Source: Bacilli bacterium (GTDB lineage Bacteria > Bacillota_I > Bacilli_A > RF39 > UBA660). From it: a stretch of 64,000 nucleotides of DNA. Under the pieces are notes generated by a model. The model made no database searches and was not told the DNA's origin. It saw only the letters and a program-made list of their open reading frames with translations. The stretch is from positions 7,125 to 71,124 of the forward strand of contig JAEDJT010000003.1 in NCBI GenBank assembly GCA_016296185.1, read 5' to 3'. Below, one piece after another: positions 51,225 through 61,108 of this stretch. The number at the start of each line of letters is the position of its first letter. Within the stretch, counting starts at the first letter, position 1. The translations under genes and the position numbers were made by a program.

Positions 51225-51839
51225 CTAATCTAATAGACTTGTTTTGCTGTTGTTTTGTTCAATTATAATGTTTGCGTTATAAAAATTTGATGTATCTTCT
51301 GTGAATCCATTATAGTTAACATTAAATACATAAGTTATTGTTTCTTTAGGTGATATTTCAACATTTTCTAAAATATTAGTATCACTTAAAGGCAATTCTT
51401 TTTTTATTGATGTCTCATTATTATTTGTAATTGTATACATTAAATTATTTGTTGATAAAAGGGATGTATTAATATTTTTTATTTTAATATCAAAAGTTAT
51501 GTTAGTATCACCATCATTTGTTATTGTTATTATCTTAGGGCTTGATAATGAATAACCTGTAGTAATATTGTTTACTTCTAATTTTGAAGTATCGTTGTAA
51601 GTTGTTGAAAGGGTTTGATAATAAGTATGGGATACTGATTTTTTTTCTTTAGTTATATTATTAGTACTTGAGTATGCTTTTATAGCAAATATTGCTGATA
51701 CTATAGTTGATACCATAGTAATAGCTAAGATAGATATGATAATTGTTGTTCTTATTCTTTGTTCTTTTTCTTCAGCCTGAATAAGAATACTATATTGATT
51801 TTCAAGTTCTTCTTTAAAGTTTTCTTTCGGCTTCTTCAT
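51225..51839 (-). CDS. Secreted/anchored protein, distant TasA/camelysin-like candidate
   Basis: N-terminal hydrophobic segment ending ...IKAYSSTNN, with a beta-rich N/T-rich body (ITITNDGDTNITFDIKIKN). Start moved to the ATG after GGAAGTGA. Confidence 0.4.
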   Translation of the reverse strand: MKKPKENFKEELENQYSILIQAEEKEQRIRTTIIISILAITMVSTIVSAIFAIKAYSSTNNITKEKKSVSHTYYQTLSTTYNDTSKLEVNNITTGYSLSSPKIITITNDGDTNITFDIKIKNINTSLLSTNNLMYTITNNNETSIKKELPLSDTNILENVEISPKETITYVFNVNYNGFTEDTSNFYNANIIIEQNNSKTSLLD

Positions 51840-51856
51840 ATCTATCACTTCCTTTT

Positions 51857-52417
51857 TTATTCTTCTACTACAACTTTATAAGTACCTCCAAATGATTTAT
51901 TAAAGTTATAAGATTGATCTCCATCTTTTGATACAAAACTAAATGTTATAGTACAATCATTTGTTTTATTCGTTTTTAATTCTAGATTATTAATAATAGT
52001 TAAATCTTCGTCGTCAGCTAATGGCATTTGTTTATTTTCTATTTTTTCGCCATTAGAACAAATTAATGTATAAACAAACTCTTCAGGGTGAGCAGTTTGG
52101 TAATTATTTCCGGTATTCCATGTACTTGATACATTACTCCATAAAATCTTGTAATTAATTGTATTTGAATTATTGTTTGTTATTGAAAAAGTTTTAGTAA
52201 TTAAGTCTCCAGGGTTAAGATTAGACAAATTTAAAACATTATTTTGATTATAATTAATCGATAAACTTTTATACATATTATTTGCAGCTACTACTTCTTT
52301 GCTATTAATATCCGTTCTAGCCTGTTCACTAAAATATATTAAGCTAGTACATAGTACTGAAGATATTAATGTAAGCACAGAAAAAGAACCTAGTAGTATC
52401 ATCCACTTCTTGCCCAT
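51857..52417 (-). CDS. TasA/camelysin (M73)-like secreted protein with a SipW-type signal peptide
   Basis: Signal segment ending LIYFSEQA (compare the AYFSD motif), then NLSNLNPGDLITKTFSITNN resembling the TasA NLSNLKPGD..TK.F block as I recall it. Confidence 0.5.
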   Translation of the reverse strand: MGKKWMILLGSFSVLTLISSVLCTSLIYFSEQARTDINSKEVVAANNMYKSLSINYNQNNVLNLSNLNPGDLITKTFSITNNNSNTINYKILWSNVSSTWNTGNNYQTAHPEEFVYTLICSNGEKIENKQMPLADDEDLTIINNLELKTNKTNDCTITFSFVSKDGDQSYNFNKSFGGTYKVVVEE

Positions 52418-52525
52418 CTTAATCACCCTTTTATTATATATAATATAATAACAAAAATTGTATTCTTTTACAACAATAATGTATAAATATTAAATTTGTG
52501 ATATAATACCAACGAGGTGTTATAA

Positions 52526-53470
52526 ATGAAATTAAGTGTCATTATTCCTTGTATGAATGAAGAGGGAAATGTTCAAGGTTTATATAACAAAATTAGTGAA
52601 ACATTAAAAGGTAAAAAATACGAAATGATATATATAGACGATGGTTCTAAAGATAATACATTAGAAAAACTTCGTGAAATATATAAAAATGATACATTAC
52701 ATGTTAAAGTCTTATCTTTTTCAAGAAACTTCAAAAAAGAAGCAGCTATGTTAGCTGGACTACAACATGCTACTGGTGAATATACTTGTATTATCGATGG
52801 TGACTTACAACAAAATCCAGGTTATTTATTAGATATGATTAATTTCTTAGACGAAAATGACGATTATGATGAAGTTGCTATGGTTATGGAAGACAGAAGT
52901 TCATATGGTGGAATTATGGCTTTCTGTAAAAAAGCTTTTTATAAATTAATTGATAGTTTAAGTGAAGTTCATTTTGAAAATGGTGCATCTGATTTTAGAA
53001 TGTTCAGATCAAATGTAAGAAAAGCTATGGTTAGTTTAGGAGAAAAAAATAGATTCACAAAAGGTATTTTCTCTTGGGTTGGATTTAAAGTTAAATATAT
53101 GCCATACAAGGTTGAGCCAAGAACTTCTGGTAAATCAAGTTTTGGTTTCAAAAGCAGTATCAATTACGCTTTTGAAGGTATTTTAGCTTTCAGTACTAAA
53201 CCATTAACATACGCTATTAAGTGTGGTGTATTATCATTATTTGCTGCATTTGTTTATTTAATTGTTTTATTAATTCAAGTTTTAGCATTTGACTTAACTT
53301 TTAAAGCAACTTATGCAATTATTTTATTATTGTTAGCTTTATTTGGTGTTCAATTTATTATTCTTGGTATAGTAGGAATGTATTTTTCTAAAGCTTATGT
53401 TGAAATCAAAAATAGACCTGTTTATGTAATTAAAGAAAAATTAGGTTTTAATGAAGAAACTATTTTATAA
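52526..53470 (+). CDS. Family-2 glycosyltransferase, polyprenyl-phosphate sugar transferase (GtrB/DPM1-like)
   Basis: IIPCMNEEGN, DDGSKD, DGDLQ (DxD), two C-terminal TMs. Confidence 0.8.
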   Translation: MKLSVIIPCMNEEGNVQGLYNKISETLKGKKYEMIYIDDGSKDNTLEKLREIYKNDTLHVKVLSFSRNFKKEAAMLAGLQHATGEYTCIIDGDLQQNPGYLLDMINFLDENDDYDEVAMVMEDRSSYGGIMAFCKKAFYKLIDSLSEVHFENGASDFRMFRSNVRKAMVSLGEKNRFTKGIFSWVGFKVKYMPYKVEPRTSGKSSFGFKSSINYAFEGILAFSTKPLTYAIKCGVLSLFAAFVYLIVLLIQVLAFDLTFKATYAIILLLLALFGVQFIILGIVGMYFSKAYVEIKNRPVYVIKEKLGFNEETIL

Positions 53471-53517
53471 TAGTTTTTTTTTTTGATATAATTAATTAAT
53501 AATACGGAGGTAATTGT

Positions 53518-54444
53518 ATGACAAATAAGAAAAAACAACTTATTAACTATTTGTTAATTTTTATTATGATTATTGCTCCATTTACTATATCAATTGTTAA
53601 GGCCGATAGTGGTTGGGATTCTAGTTACGATTCTGGTAGTAGCTGGAGTTCTTCTAGTAGTTCTCATGATTATAGTTCTCATGATTATAGTTCTTATGAT
53701 TATGGTTCACATAGTAGTAGCGGAAGTTATAGTAGTGGTTCATATTCTGATGGATCTGGTGCTTTTGAAATAATGGTATTAATTTATGTAATAATAATTA
53801 TTATAATTATTTGTAACTCTAAGCCTTCTGATAAAGAAATGGCAGAAATAGCTCAAAGAGATGATAATTTATTAAAGAAGGCATCAGATATTACTGCTCA
53901 ATTAGAAGCAAAATATTCTACTGATAATAAGATTAAATTATCAAAAGAAGAACAAGATAAAATAATTGATGATTTATTTAATAATTATGTTGAAATACAA
54001 GATGCTTGGATGAATTTTGATTATGATTCTCTAAAAAAACTATGTACAGATGAGTTATATAATTCTTATATGTCTCAATTAAAAATATTAAAATCTAGTA
54101 ATAATCAAAATATTATGAATGATTATAAATTATTAGATAGTAAAATTATAAGTTATGTTGATTTAAATGGCACTCATTTAGTTAGAGTTTATATGAAAAT
54201 TTCTCTATTTGATTATGTTATAAATATGGGAAGTAAAAATGTTATTAGAGGAACAAAATCATATCCTTTAACTAATAATTACTATATGGAATTTATTAAA
54301 AAGTCTAATACTACATATGATAAATGTCCTTGTTGTGGAGCTGAATTAAAAGAATTAGTTCATGGTAGATGTTCATATTGTAGAAGTATTATTACTGATA
54401 CATCAGGGGAATTTGTGTTAAGTAAAAAGACAAATATGAGATAG
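53518..54444 (+). CDS. Membrane protein with extracellular S/Y/D/H low-complexity segment, Tim44-like domain and C-terminal zinc ribbon
   Basis: Signal, SGWDSSYDSGSSWSSSSSSHDYSSHDYSSYDYGSHSSSGSY, TM, about 170-aa alpha+beta domain, CPCCG...CSYCRS. Confidence 0.5.
   Translation: MTNKKKQLINYLLIFIMIIAPFTISIVKADSGWDSSYDSGSSWSSSSSSHDYSSHDYSSYDYGSHSSSGSYSSGSYSDGSGAFEIMVLIYVIIIIIIICNSKPSDKEMAEIAQRDDNLLKKASDITAQLEAKYSTDNKIKLSKEEQDKIIDDLFNNYVEIQDAWMNFDYDSLKKLCTDELYNSYMSQLKILKSSNNQNIMNDYKLLDSKIISYVDLNGTHLVRVYMKISLFDYVINMGSKNVIRGTKSYPLTNNYYMEFIKKSNTTYDKCPCCGAELKELVHGRCSYCRSIITDTSGEFVLSKKTNMR
53665..53709 (+). repeat. Three tandem 15-bp in-frame repeats (CATGATTATAGTTCT x2 plus diverged copy)
   Basis: Read directly. 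Encodes HDYSS-HDYSS-YDYGS inside 53518..54444. Confidence 0.9.
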
Positions 54445-54493
54445 AAATGTTAAGGCATTTCTATTTTTATGCTATAATTATTTTGGTGATATT

Positions 54494-55036
54494 ATGACTA
54501 TACAAGAATTACAGGAAAAAGATAAATCTTTTGTTGAAAGTTTATTTATAAGTAAGATAAATAATATTTTTGTTAAACTTTTTACAGCTATAATATTAGA
54601 TGAATTAAAAGATGTAGATCATTTTATTAATGATGATGTATATGAATATGCAAGTAATATAATTGAAAATGCTAATTCAAAGAATGCTCGTCAAATGTAT
54701 GATGAATTAAATGTTAAAGATAGTAAAATTTTAACTATAGAAGAAAATACTGAATGCTATATTATAAATGTATTATTAAATGCTAGATATATGGATTATT
54801 TAATTGATAAAGAATCTGGTAAATATATTTCTGGTAATAATAAATATAGAACTGAAGATGATTATTATTTAACATTTACTAAAAGTAAAAATGCTACTAC
54901 TCAAAACATTATAAAAAAATGTCCTGGTTGTGGTAATTCTCTTAGTGTTAATACATCTGGTGTATGTCCATATTGCCAATCAGTTTATGATCAAGAAAAT
55001 CATGATTGGGTATTAACATCAATTAAAAAAAGATAG
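54494..55036 (+). CDS. Soluble Tim44-like domain protein with C-terminal zinc ribbon (paralogue of the upstream gene)
   Basis: CPGCGNS...CPYCQS. The body is colinear with the C-terminal half of 53518..54444. Confidence 0.5.
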   Translation: MTIQELQEKDKSFVESLFISKINNIFVKLFTAIILDELKDVDHFINDDVYEYASNIIENANSKNARQMYDELNVKDSKILTIEENTECYIINVLLNARYMDYLIDKESGKYISGNNKYRTEDDYYLTFTKSKNATTQNIIKKCPGCGNSLSVNTSGVCPYCQSVYDQENHDWVLTSIKKR

Positions 55037-55049
55037 TATAAACTATCTT

Positions 55050-55268
55050 TTATTTTTTTATTAAATTACTGAATCTATTTTTAATAGATTCTTTTCTTTT
55101 TTGTTCTTCTTCATTATCAATATAATATTCATTGTCTTTATAAACTACTATTGAACCCTCATGAATATCATCTTGTAATTTTTCTTTATCAATTTCTATT
55201 ATTGATTCATTTTCTAAGTTTTCTAGTACTACTAGATTATCTTCTATTCTATCTACACAATATTTCAT
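55050..55268 (-). CDS. DUF3006-like small protein
   Basis: 72 aa, CVDRIEDNLVVLE...EGSIV pattern. Classic partner of ComEC-type MBL genes. Confidence 0.55.
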   Translation of the reverse strand: MKYCVDRIEDNLVVLENLENESIIEIDKEKLQDDIHEGSIVVYKDNEYYIDNEEEQKRKESIKNRFSNLIKK

Positions 55269-55270
55269 AT

Positions 55271-56188
55271 TTACTCTCCATTTGTATCTGTTTCAATACT
55301 ATTAATTTCTATTCTTGTTCCATCACTTGTTAATATAATTGTACCTAATTGGTCGGTACGATAAATCTTATCTGTATATTTTTTTATATTATCAATTGTT
55401 TCTTTTGAGGGATGTCCATAACTGTTATCTTTTCCTACACTAATAATTGCATAATCTGGTGTTACTTTTGATAAGAAGTCTTTTTTTGAACTGTATTTAG
55501 AACCATGATGACCTACTTTTAATACATCTACATCAATTACTTCTTTACTTAATAATTGTTCAACTTTAGATGATGCATCTCCCATGAACATATAAGAATA
55601 ATTTCCAAAAATCATTTTTAATACTATAGATGAATTGTTTAAATCTTCTTCATCTTCTCCTGTATATAGTATTTCAAATTCTGCTTCACCTAAATTAAAT
55701 TTATCACCAATTGTTGGTATTGTAACATTATAATTCTTCTTTTCTAATGATGATATAACCGATTCGAATGTTGATGTGTTAGCTATAGCATTTGGTAAAT
55801 ATACATTATCTATATCAAATGCATCAATTATGTTGTCTAATCCACCTATATGATCTTCGTGAGGATGTGTTCCTACTACATAATCAAATTTATTAATACC
55901 TAATTCTTTTATGTAATTAACAATCTTTTTTCCATCATCATTATTACCTGCATCAATAAGCATATTATGATCTTTATTTGATATTAAAATACAATCAGCT
56001 TGTCCGACATCTATAAACTGAATAGTTAAATTACTTGATACAATATTATATTTTTTTGTTTCTATATGTTTGATTGGTTCTTCAAACTCTAATTTATTTA
56101 AATTATTATAACCATATTCCAATATTACAGCTAATATGATACTAAGAATGATTAATGCTAAACTCCCCTTAGTGTTTCTTTTTGTCAT
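55271..56188 (-). CDS. Membrane-anchored MBL-fold metallo-hydrolase (ComEC C-terminal domain-like)
   Basis: N-terminal TM, HPHEDHIGG (HxHxDH), later GHHGS. Confidence 0.75.
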   Translation of the reverse strand: MTKRNTKGSLALIILSIILAVILEYGYNNLNKLEFEEPIKHIETKKYNIVSSNLTIQFIDVGQADCILISNKDHNMLIDAGNNDDGKKIVNYIKELGINKFDYVVGTHPHEDHIGGLDNIIDAFDIDNVYLPNAIANTSTFESVISSLEKKNYNVTIPTIGDKFNLGEAEFEILYTGEDEEDLNNSSIVLKMIFGNYSYMFMGDASSKVEQLLSKEVIDVDVLKVGHHGSKYSSKKDFLSKVTPDYAIISVGKDNSYGHPSKETIDNIKKYTDKIYRTDQLGTIILTSDGTRIEINSIETDTNGE

Positions 56189-56204
56189 ATCATCACCATA
56201 ATAA

Positions 56205-57107
56205 TTATATCACAGTTAATTTTTTTGTTATACCTTCGTCCTTAAATTCTTCTAATTGTTCTTCATTTAAATCTTTATTATTATGTGTTTTACTTACGTA
56301 CATTTCATAAATATTCTTTATTGATTCATATAAGAAAGATTGGTTATTTTTTAATATATTTATTATTTGATCTTTTGTTAATACTTCATATGTTTCTATA
56401 TGTTTTTTTGTTATTTCTTCACTAAATAATGAATATAGATATTTAGATATTTCATAATCATTTTCTGCTATTTCTAATATAAGTTTTATAGCATTATCAT
56501 TATCATATTTGCTTATATTTATGATAAAACCTAATACTTCTGTTATTATTCCTTCATCAAATGATAAAGTCATTACTTTATGTTGATATGATCTTTGTGA
56601 TTTCATATTTTTCATTATATCTGTTAATGTTATTTCTTTATCATATGTTTCTTTATCAACACTATGAAGACCAGTCATATTTAGTATTTTTTGATGTTCT
56701 TCTTCTGATAATGATTTCATCATTAATACTTTAGCTAAACCTGATGTTTCATTATAGTAATAAGTTGCTTCTAACATTCTACAAAATAAATCAGGATTTG
56801 CACTTATTTCAGTTATTAAATCTAAGCCATCTTCTAATACACATATATCATGAAATGTTTCTATTTCAGTCGGCTTATTGTTCATATTTTTTTGTTTATA
56901 TGAAAAATACTTATATGAATCTGCATATACAAGTCCCATTAAACATGACATTACTACTTTTGATTCTGGTTTGTTATTATCAATAAGTGGATATAATGAT
57001 TGTTGATAAATCATTACTGCTTCATGTAATGATTTAAACTTTTTAGTAATAATTGTTTCGATATCATTTACTATTGTTTTTCTTAATAATGTATTATAAT
57101 TCTTCAT
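56205..57107 (-). CDS. Hypothetical cytoplasmic protein
   Basis: SD AGGTGA, 300 aa, no recognisable motifs. Confidence 0.45.
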   Translation of the reverse strand: MKNYNTLLRKTIVNDIETIITKKFKSLHEAVMIYQQSLYPLIDNNKPESKVVMSCLMGLVYADSYKYFSYKQKNMNNKPTEIETFHDICVLEDGLDLITEISANPDLFCRMLEATYYYNETSGLAKVLMMKSLSEEEHQKILNMTGLHSVDKETYDKEITLTDIMKNMKSQRSYQHKVMTLSFDEGIITEVLGFIINISKYDNDNAIKLILEIAENDYEISKYLYSLFSEEITKKHIETYEVLTKDQIINILKNNQSFLYESIKNIYEMYVSKTHNNKDLNEEQLEEFKDEGITKKLTVI

Positions 57108-57148
57108 AAAATCACCTAGTGGTGATTATTCTAACATAAAATGCAAAA

Positions 57149-57176
57149 TAAAAAAACTAAGTATTTCTACTTAGTT
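57149..57176 (-). terminator. Intrinsic terminator after tRNA-Cys
   Basis: AACUAAGUA-loop-UACUUAGUU 9-bp stem, then a U-run on the minus strand. Confidence 0.75.
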
Positions 57177-57184
57177 ATTTTTAA

Positions 57185-57258
57185 TTGGAGGGACCTACCA
57201 GATTCGAACTGGTGCTCAGGGAGTTGCAGTCCCTTGCCTTACCGCTTGGCTAAAGTCC
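57185..57258 (-). tRNA. tRNA-Cys (anticodon GCA), CCA encoded
   Basis: Reverse complement GGGACTTTAGCCAAGCGGTAAGGCAAGGGACTGCAACTCCCTGAGCACCAGTTCGAATCTGGTAGGTCCCTCCA is a canonical cloverleaf with discriminator U. Confidence 0.9.
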
Positions 57259-57285
57259 CAAGAAAACATGTCCTTTGACATGTTT

Positions 57286-57314
57286 AATTTTATAGCAATT
57301 TATAGGAAAAGTCA
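57286..57314 (-). promoter_or_regulatory. Promoter of tRNA-Cys
   Basis: TTGACT-17-TAAAAT on the minus strand, starting right after the upstream stop codon. Confidence 0.5.
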
Positions 57315-57317
57315 ACA

Positions 57318-58964
57318 TTAATCAAGCTTAATATCTATTTCTTTATTTCTAATTGTTAGCTTTAACATTCTATCTTTAGAAATATATGCTTGGTTATTTA
57401 CTTCATATACTCTAGTTGTTATTCCATTTTCATCTGTATCTTTATATGTTGCTGATAGAGAAACTTTCTTTAATGGTACTTCATATGTTTTAGAAGTAAA
57501 TTCATGATAATACTTAAATGTTGCGAAATCTCCATAGAAATCTAATTTACTATATTTAAAATATGAACTCATTTCATCATATGTAATAATATCTTTAATT
57601 ATTACTAATACATTTCCGTTTGATGGCCCTACTGTTCTTTGAATATTTGTACAATTCTTTTTATTATCACAATTTTCATATGTATATGTGAATGAATTTG
57701 CTATTTGGTAATCAACTAATTTATATTTTGTTTTTCCTAGAGTTGTACTTGATAAATTTATTTCATCACCTATTTTTACTGTATCTATTTTTTCTTTACT
57801 AACAATATTTTTAGGTTTTATTTTAATAGTCTTATATGTTGCTACCATCTTGTTATTACTATTTTTTGAATAATTACTTAAAATTTTCATTTCATATTGT
57901 GCTTTAACTTGATTCTTATCAAGTTCATATACTAATACGTAATCATCATCTGTATATCTTAAACTTCCATCATCATTTCTTCTAAATCCTAATAATTCTT
58001 TTCCTAGATATTCTTTACCGATATCAATGAATCTACTACTTCTGCCATAGTTAGGATATACGGCTTCACCGTTTATATATATTCTAAATGCTGATCTATC
58101 TATTTTAACATCATCAGCTTGTGTATTTTTTAATCCTAGTTTTACTGCTAAGTAATATTTATCATTTTCTATTTTATTACCAGCTTGATCAACATTTGTT
58201 ATATAACTATCTTTTAATGTAATAGTTATACTATTTAAATTAAACGCTTGATTCAAACTATATTGTCTATTATAAACACCGAAAAACATATATGTATTAA
58301 AGCATATAATTACTAATACAAGTATTCCTAATGCTTTAAAAACAAATAAGTTTTCTAATATATAATATTGTGCTTCTCTTATGAAATGTACTATTTTCTT
58401 TTTTGATTCAAAGGTATCAGAACCTAATTTTACTTCTACTAATTCATCATCTTCATCTGTAACAATAATGTCATAGTTTCTTTCAAAACTTAATGTTTTT
58501 ATATTAAAGTTAAATCCTTTAATTATTGTCCATCCCATTAATATTATTGGTGGAAACTTTATTACACCCGCAAAGTCTCTTATGAATATAGCCATTGTTT
58601 CTTTAATTGTTTCAGCTTCAATAGAGTCCATAGCACCTGAGAAGAATATTAATGATATTAATGCTAATATATAATATATCAGCGATACTAAATATAACCA
58701 TCCTGGCTTCTTTTTACTTTTTTCTAGCCAATAAATAAAACCTTCTGCAAAAATCATAAAATACAGCGTATACGTCATTAAGTTTGGTATATATGTAGCT
58801 ATTAATTGATACTCTGTAGTTTTAAAGTTTTGTTTTATGAATAATGAAAAGAATTTATTAATATCTCCAAATGCTAAAAATAGATATAACATTGGAATCA
58901 GTAATAATAAGTGAATTAATTTATAATTTCTTTTGTAAAATCCATAAGGTTTTTTAAATATCAT
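57318..58964 (-). CDS. Hypothetical polytopic membrane protein with a large extracellular beta-rich C-terminal domain
   Basis: SD AGGAGGG. About 5-6 TMs in the first 230 aa, then about 320 aa of hydrophilic sequence. Confidence 0.5.
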   Translation of the reverse strand: MIFKKPYGFYKRNYKLIHLLLLIPMLYLFLAFGDINKFFSLFIKQNFKTTEYQLIATYIPNLMTYTLYFMIFAEGFIYWLEKSKKKPGWLYLVSLIYYILALISLIFFSGAMDSIEAETIKETMAIFIRDFAGVIKFPPIILMGWTIIKGFNFNIKTLSFERNYDIIVTDEDDELVEVKLGSDTFESKKKIVHFIREAQYYILENLFVFKALGILVLVIICFNTYMFFGVYNRQYSLNQAFNLNSITITLKDSYITNVDQAGNKIENDKYYLAVKLGLKNTQADDVKIDRSAFRIYINGEAVYPNYGRSSRFIDIGKEYLGKELLGFRRNDDGSLRYTDDDYVLVYELDKNQVKAQYEMKILSNYSKNSNNKMVATYKTIKIKPKNIVSKEKIDTVKIGDEINLSSTTLGKTKYKLVDYQIANSFTYTYENCDNKKNCTNIQRTVGPSNGNVLVIIKDIITYDEMSSYFKYSKLDFYGDFATFKYYHEFTSKTYEVPLKKVSLSATYKDTDENGITTRVYEVNNQAYISKDRMLKLTIRNKEIDIKLD

Positions 58965-59025
58965 TATATCCCTCCTATTCTACATTTATTATATCATATA
59001 AAAAGAAAAAAGAATTAAATTGTAT

Positions 59026-59475
59026 TTAATTCTTTTTAACTAATAATTGTTCAGGTAACAGATATATTGTTTCATTATTATCTACCATATCAGAAACTGA
59101 TGTTTTAAATTTATTTGCAACTGTTGATATAGTATCTCCTTCAGCAGTTACATAATAGCTATAGTTATCTTTAGGAATAAGTATTTCTTCATCAGGATAT
59201 ATATAATCATTCATATTTAATCCATTTAATAATGCCAGAAGTTTAGGATTAATGTTATACTTTCTTCCAATAGCATATAATGTATCTCCTTTTTCTATTT
59301 TATAGTAACTAAAATATTTATCTTTATTTTTAGGTACTATTATTTCTCTTCCTTCTATGAAACTTTCTCTATTAGAGATATTATTAATATCCATTAAAGT
59401 AAATTCATCTATATTGAATTTTTTAGCAATACTATTGATATCTTCTCCAGGTTGTATTAGGTATCTATCATACAT
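59026..59475 (-). CDS. LysM-repeat peptidoglycan-binding protein (three LysM domains)
   Basis: Three Y-x-[IV]-x-x-G-[DE]-[TD]-x-x-x-I-A-x-K-[FY] units. Confidence 0.8.
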   Translation of the reverse strand: MYDRYLIQPGEDINSIAKKFNIDEFTLMDINNISNRESFIEGREIIVPKNKDKYFSYYKIEKGDTLYAIGRKYNINPKLLALLNGLNMNDYIYPDEEILIPKDNYSYYVTAEGDTISTVANKFKTSVSDMVDNNETIYLLPEQLLVKKN

Positions 59476-59513
59476 AAAATCACTCCTAATATAAGATATG
59501 CAAATATTGTAAG

Positions 59514-60650
59514 TTAGTTATTAATAAATATCATATTTGTTTTGTTATATTCTAATTCACTATAATTTAACAATTTAGTTTCTCCATAATATAAATTATA
59601 TTTATATAAATTATCTTTACTTATATAATATACATTATCATTTTCAACATATACTATTTTATCAACATCATGTTTACTTATTAATGTTTTTTCTTTATTT
59701 TCTAGTATTCTCATATATAATTTATTATCTTCTATTTCAAATTTATAGTTGTTTTTATATGTAAATGTTTTTTTATCGGATATCATTTTATTCATTGATA
59801 ATTGTTCTGATTCACCATTGTTATATATTATTCCTTTTTTATTTTTATTACCTACTATACGCATTTTTTGTTTATGAGGCACTAATTCATATTCAACTTT
59901 ATTTTTATTGTCTACTAGAAAGATTGAATACTCATTTATACCTGCTATATAACTATCAAATGAAATATCATAGTCTAATTTCCATTTTTCTACTTTTTCT
60001 GTATCTAAATTTAATACATATACTTCATTAAAATTATATTTTTGTTCATAATTAGCTATAACAATATAATTATTAATCTTAACAGAAAGATTTATTTCAT
60101 ATATATCTTTATCAAATATGTTAATTGTTGATAGTTTATCACCTTTTATATAGTTAAAACCTTTGTAATTCCATATTAATATATTGTTATTTTTATTATA
60201 CATATTATAATTATTAATTTTTCCAGTGTAGTTTTCTTGATAATGATAATATGAAGATAATTCTTCTTTTAATTCGTCATTTACTAATCTATAATCTATT
60301 ACATTTTCTTCATTTGAACATAGTGGATAAGTATCTAAATATTCACTATTTATATCTAAACAAGTATATTCTTCACTTTCATATTTATTAATATGATCTA
60401 TTAGTTTTTTATCTTTTATATAATCTTTTTCAACTATTAAATTATACTTAATATTATTGTAGTTAAAATCAAAATAGTATAGATTGTCAGTAGAGATATA
60501 GTTTTCACTAATATCAACATTATCTACCGTATAATCTATACTATATCCTTTATTTTTAACTTTATTTATTAACATAAACATTACAATGAAGAATAATATT
60601 AAAAATAATAATACAATATAGACTTCTTTTCTTATTCTATATTTTTTCAT
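59514..60650 (-). CDS. Hypothetical membrane-anchored protein, Y/N-rich beta-repeat (propeller-like) ectodomain
   Basis: One N-terminal TM with repeated ...VYY/LYK.. strands. SD GGAGT. Confidence 0.45.
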   Translation of the reverse strand: MKKYRIRKEVYIVLLFLILFFIVMFMLINKVKNKGYSIDYTVDNVDISENYISTDNLYYFDFNYNNIKYNLIVEKDYIKDKKLIDHINKYESEEYTCLDINSEYLDTYPLCSNEENVIDYRLVNDELKEELSSYYHYQENYTGKINNYNMYNKNNNILIWNYKGFNYIKGDKLSTINIFDKDIYEINLSVKINNYIVIANYEQKYNFNEVYVLNLDTEKVEKWKLDYDISFDSYIAGINEYSIFLVDNKNKVEYELVPHKQKMRIVGNKNKKGIIYNNGESEQLSMNKMISDKKTFTYKNNYKFEIEDNKLYMRILENKEKTLISKHDVDKIVYVENDNVYYISKDNLYKYNLYYGETKLLNYSELEYNKTNMIFINN

Positions 60651-60663
60651 TGTATTTACTCCA

Positions 60664-61107
60664 TTATTCTTTTGATCTTATTCCATATTTCATTTTTTGT
60701 TCCATCATGTTACTAGTAACTGCTGTTTCAATTTCTGGTAATGATTTTTTGTCTAAGTTTGAAATATATACTGTTTCTTTAACTGTATCTATAGTAATTT
60801 TACCCCATAAAATACCTCTATATACTTGTAAGTCATTAAATAAGTCAGGTGTTACTGAATTTAGTGAGTAACCTACTATTATATGGTCTTGACCTATTAG
60901 TATTCTTTTATTAGTAATACATACTACACATGTATTAATAAAACTCATGAAATCATCATCTTTTTGACCTGCAAAAGAATATAATGGTTCTTCTCCTGGA
61001 TTCAAATGATCTTCAATTACTTTTGCATGTTTTCTTAATCTATACCATGTAATTGTTCCTGGATATTTTGCTTTAAACATACATACTTGATCATATACTT
61101 TTCCCAT
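60664..61107 (-). CDS. Bacterial PH-domain (YokE-like) protein
   Basis: ...CITNKRILIGQDHIIVGYSLNSV...GKITIDT pattern. Start moved to the ATG after GAGGTGA. Confidence 0.45.
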   Translation of the reverse strand: MGKVYDQVCMFKAKYPGTITWYRLRKHAKVIEDHLNPGEEPLYSFAGQKDDDFMSFINTCVVCITNKRILIGQDHIIVGYSLNSVTPDLFNDLQVYRGILWGKITIDTVKETVYISNLDKKSLPEIETAVTSNMMEQKMKYGIRSKE

Positions 61108-61108
61108 A

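Noticed and set aside
57263-57285. Hairpin AACATGTC-AAAG-GACATGTT between the tRNA-Cys promoter and the tRNA
   Set aside because: It is most simply the weak terminator of the upstream membrane-protein gene overlapping the tRNA leader. There is no evidence for a regulatory role.
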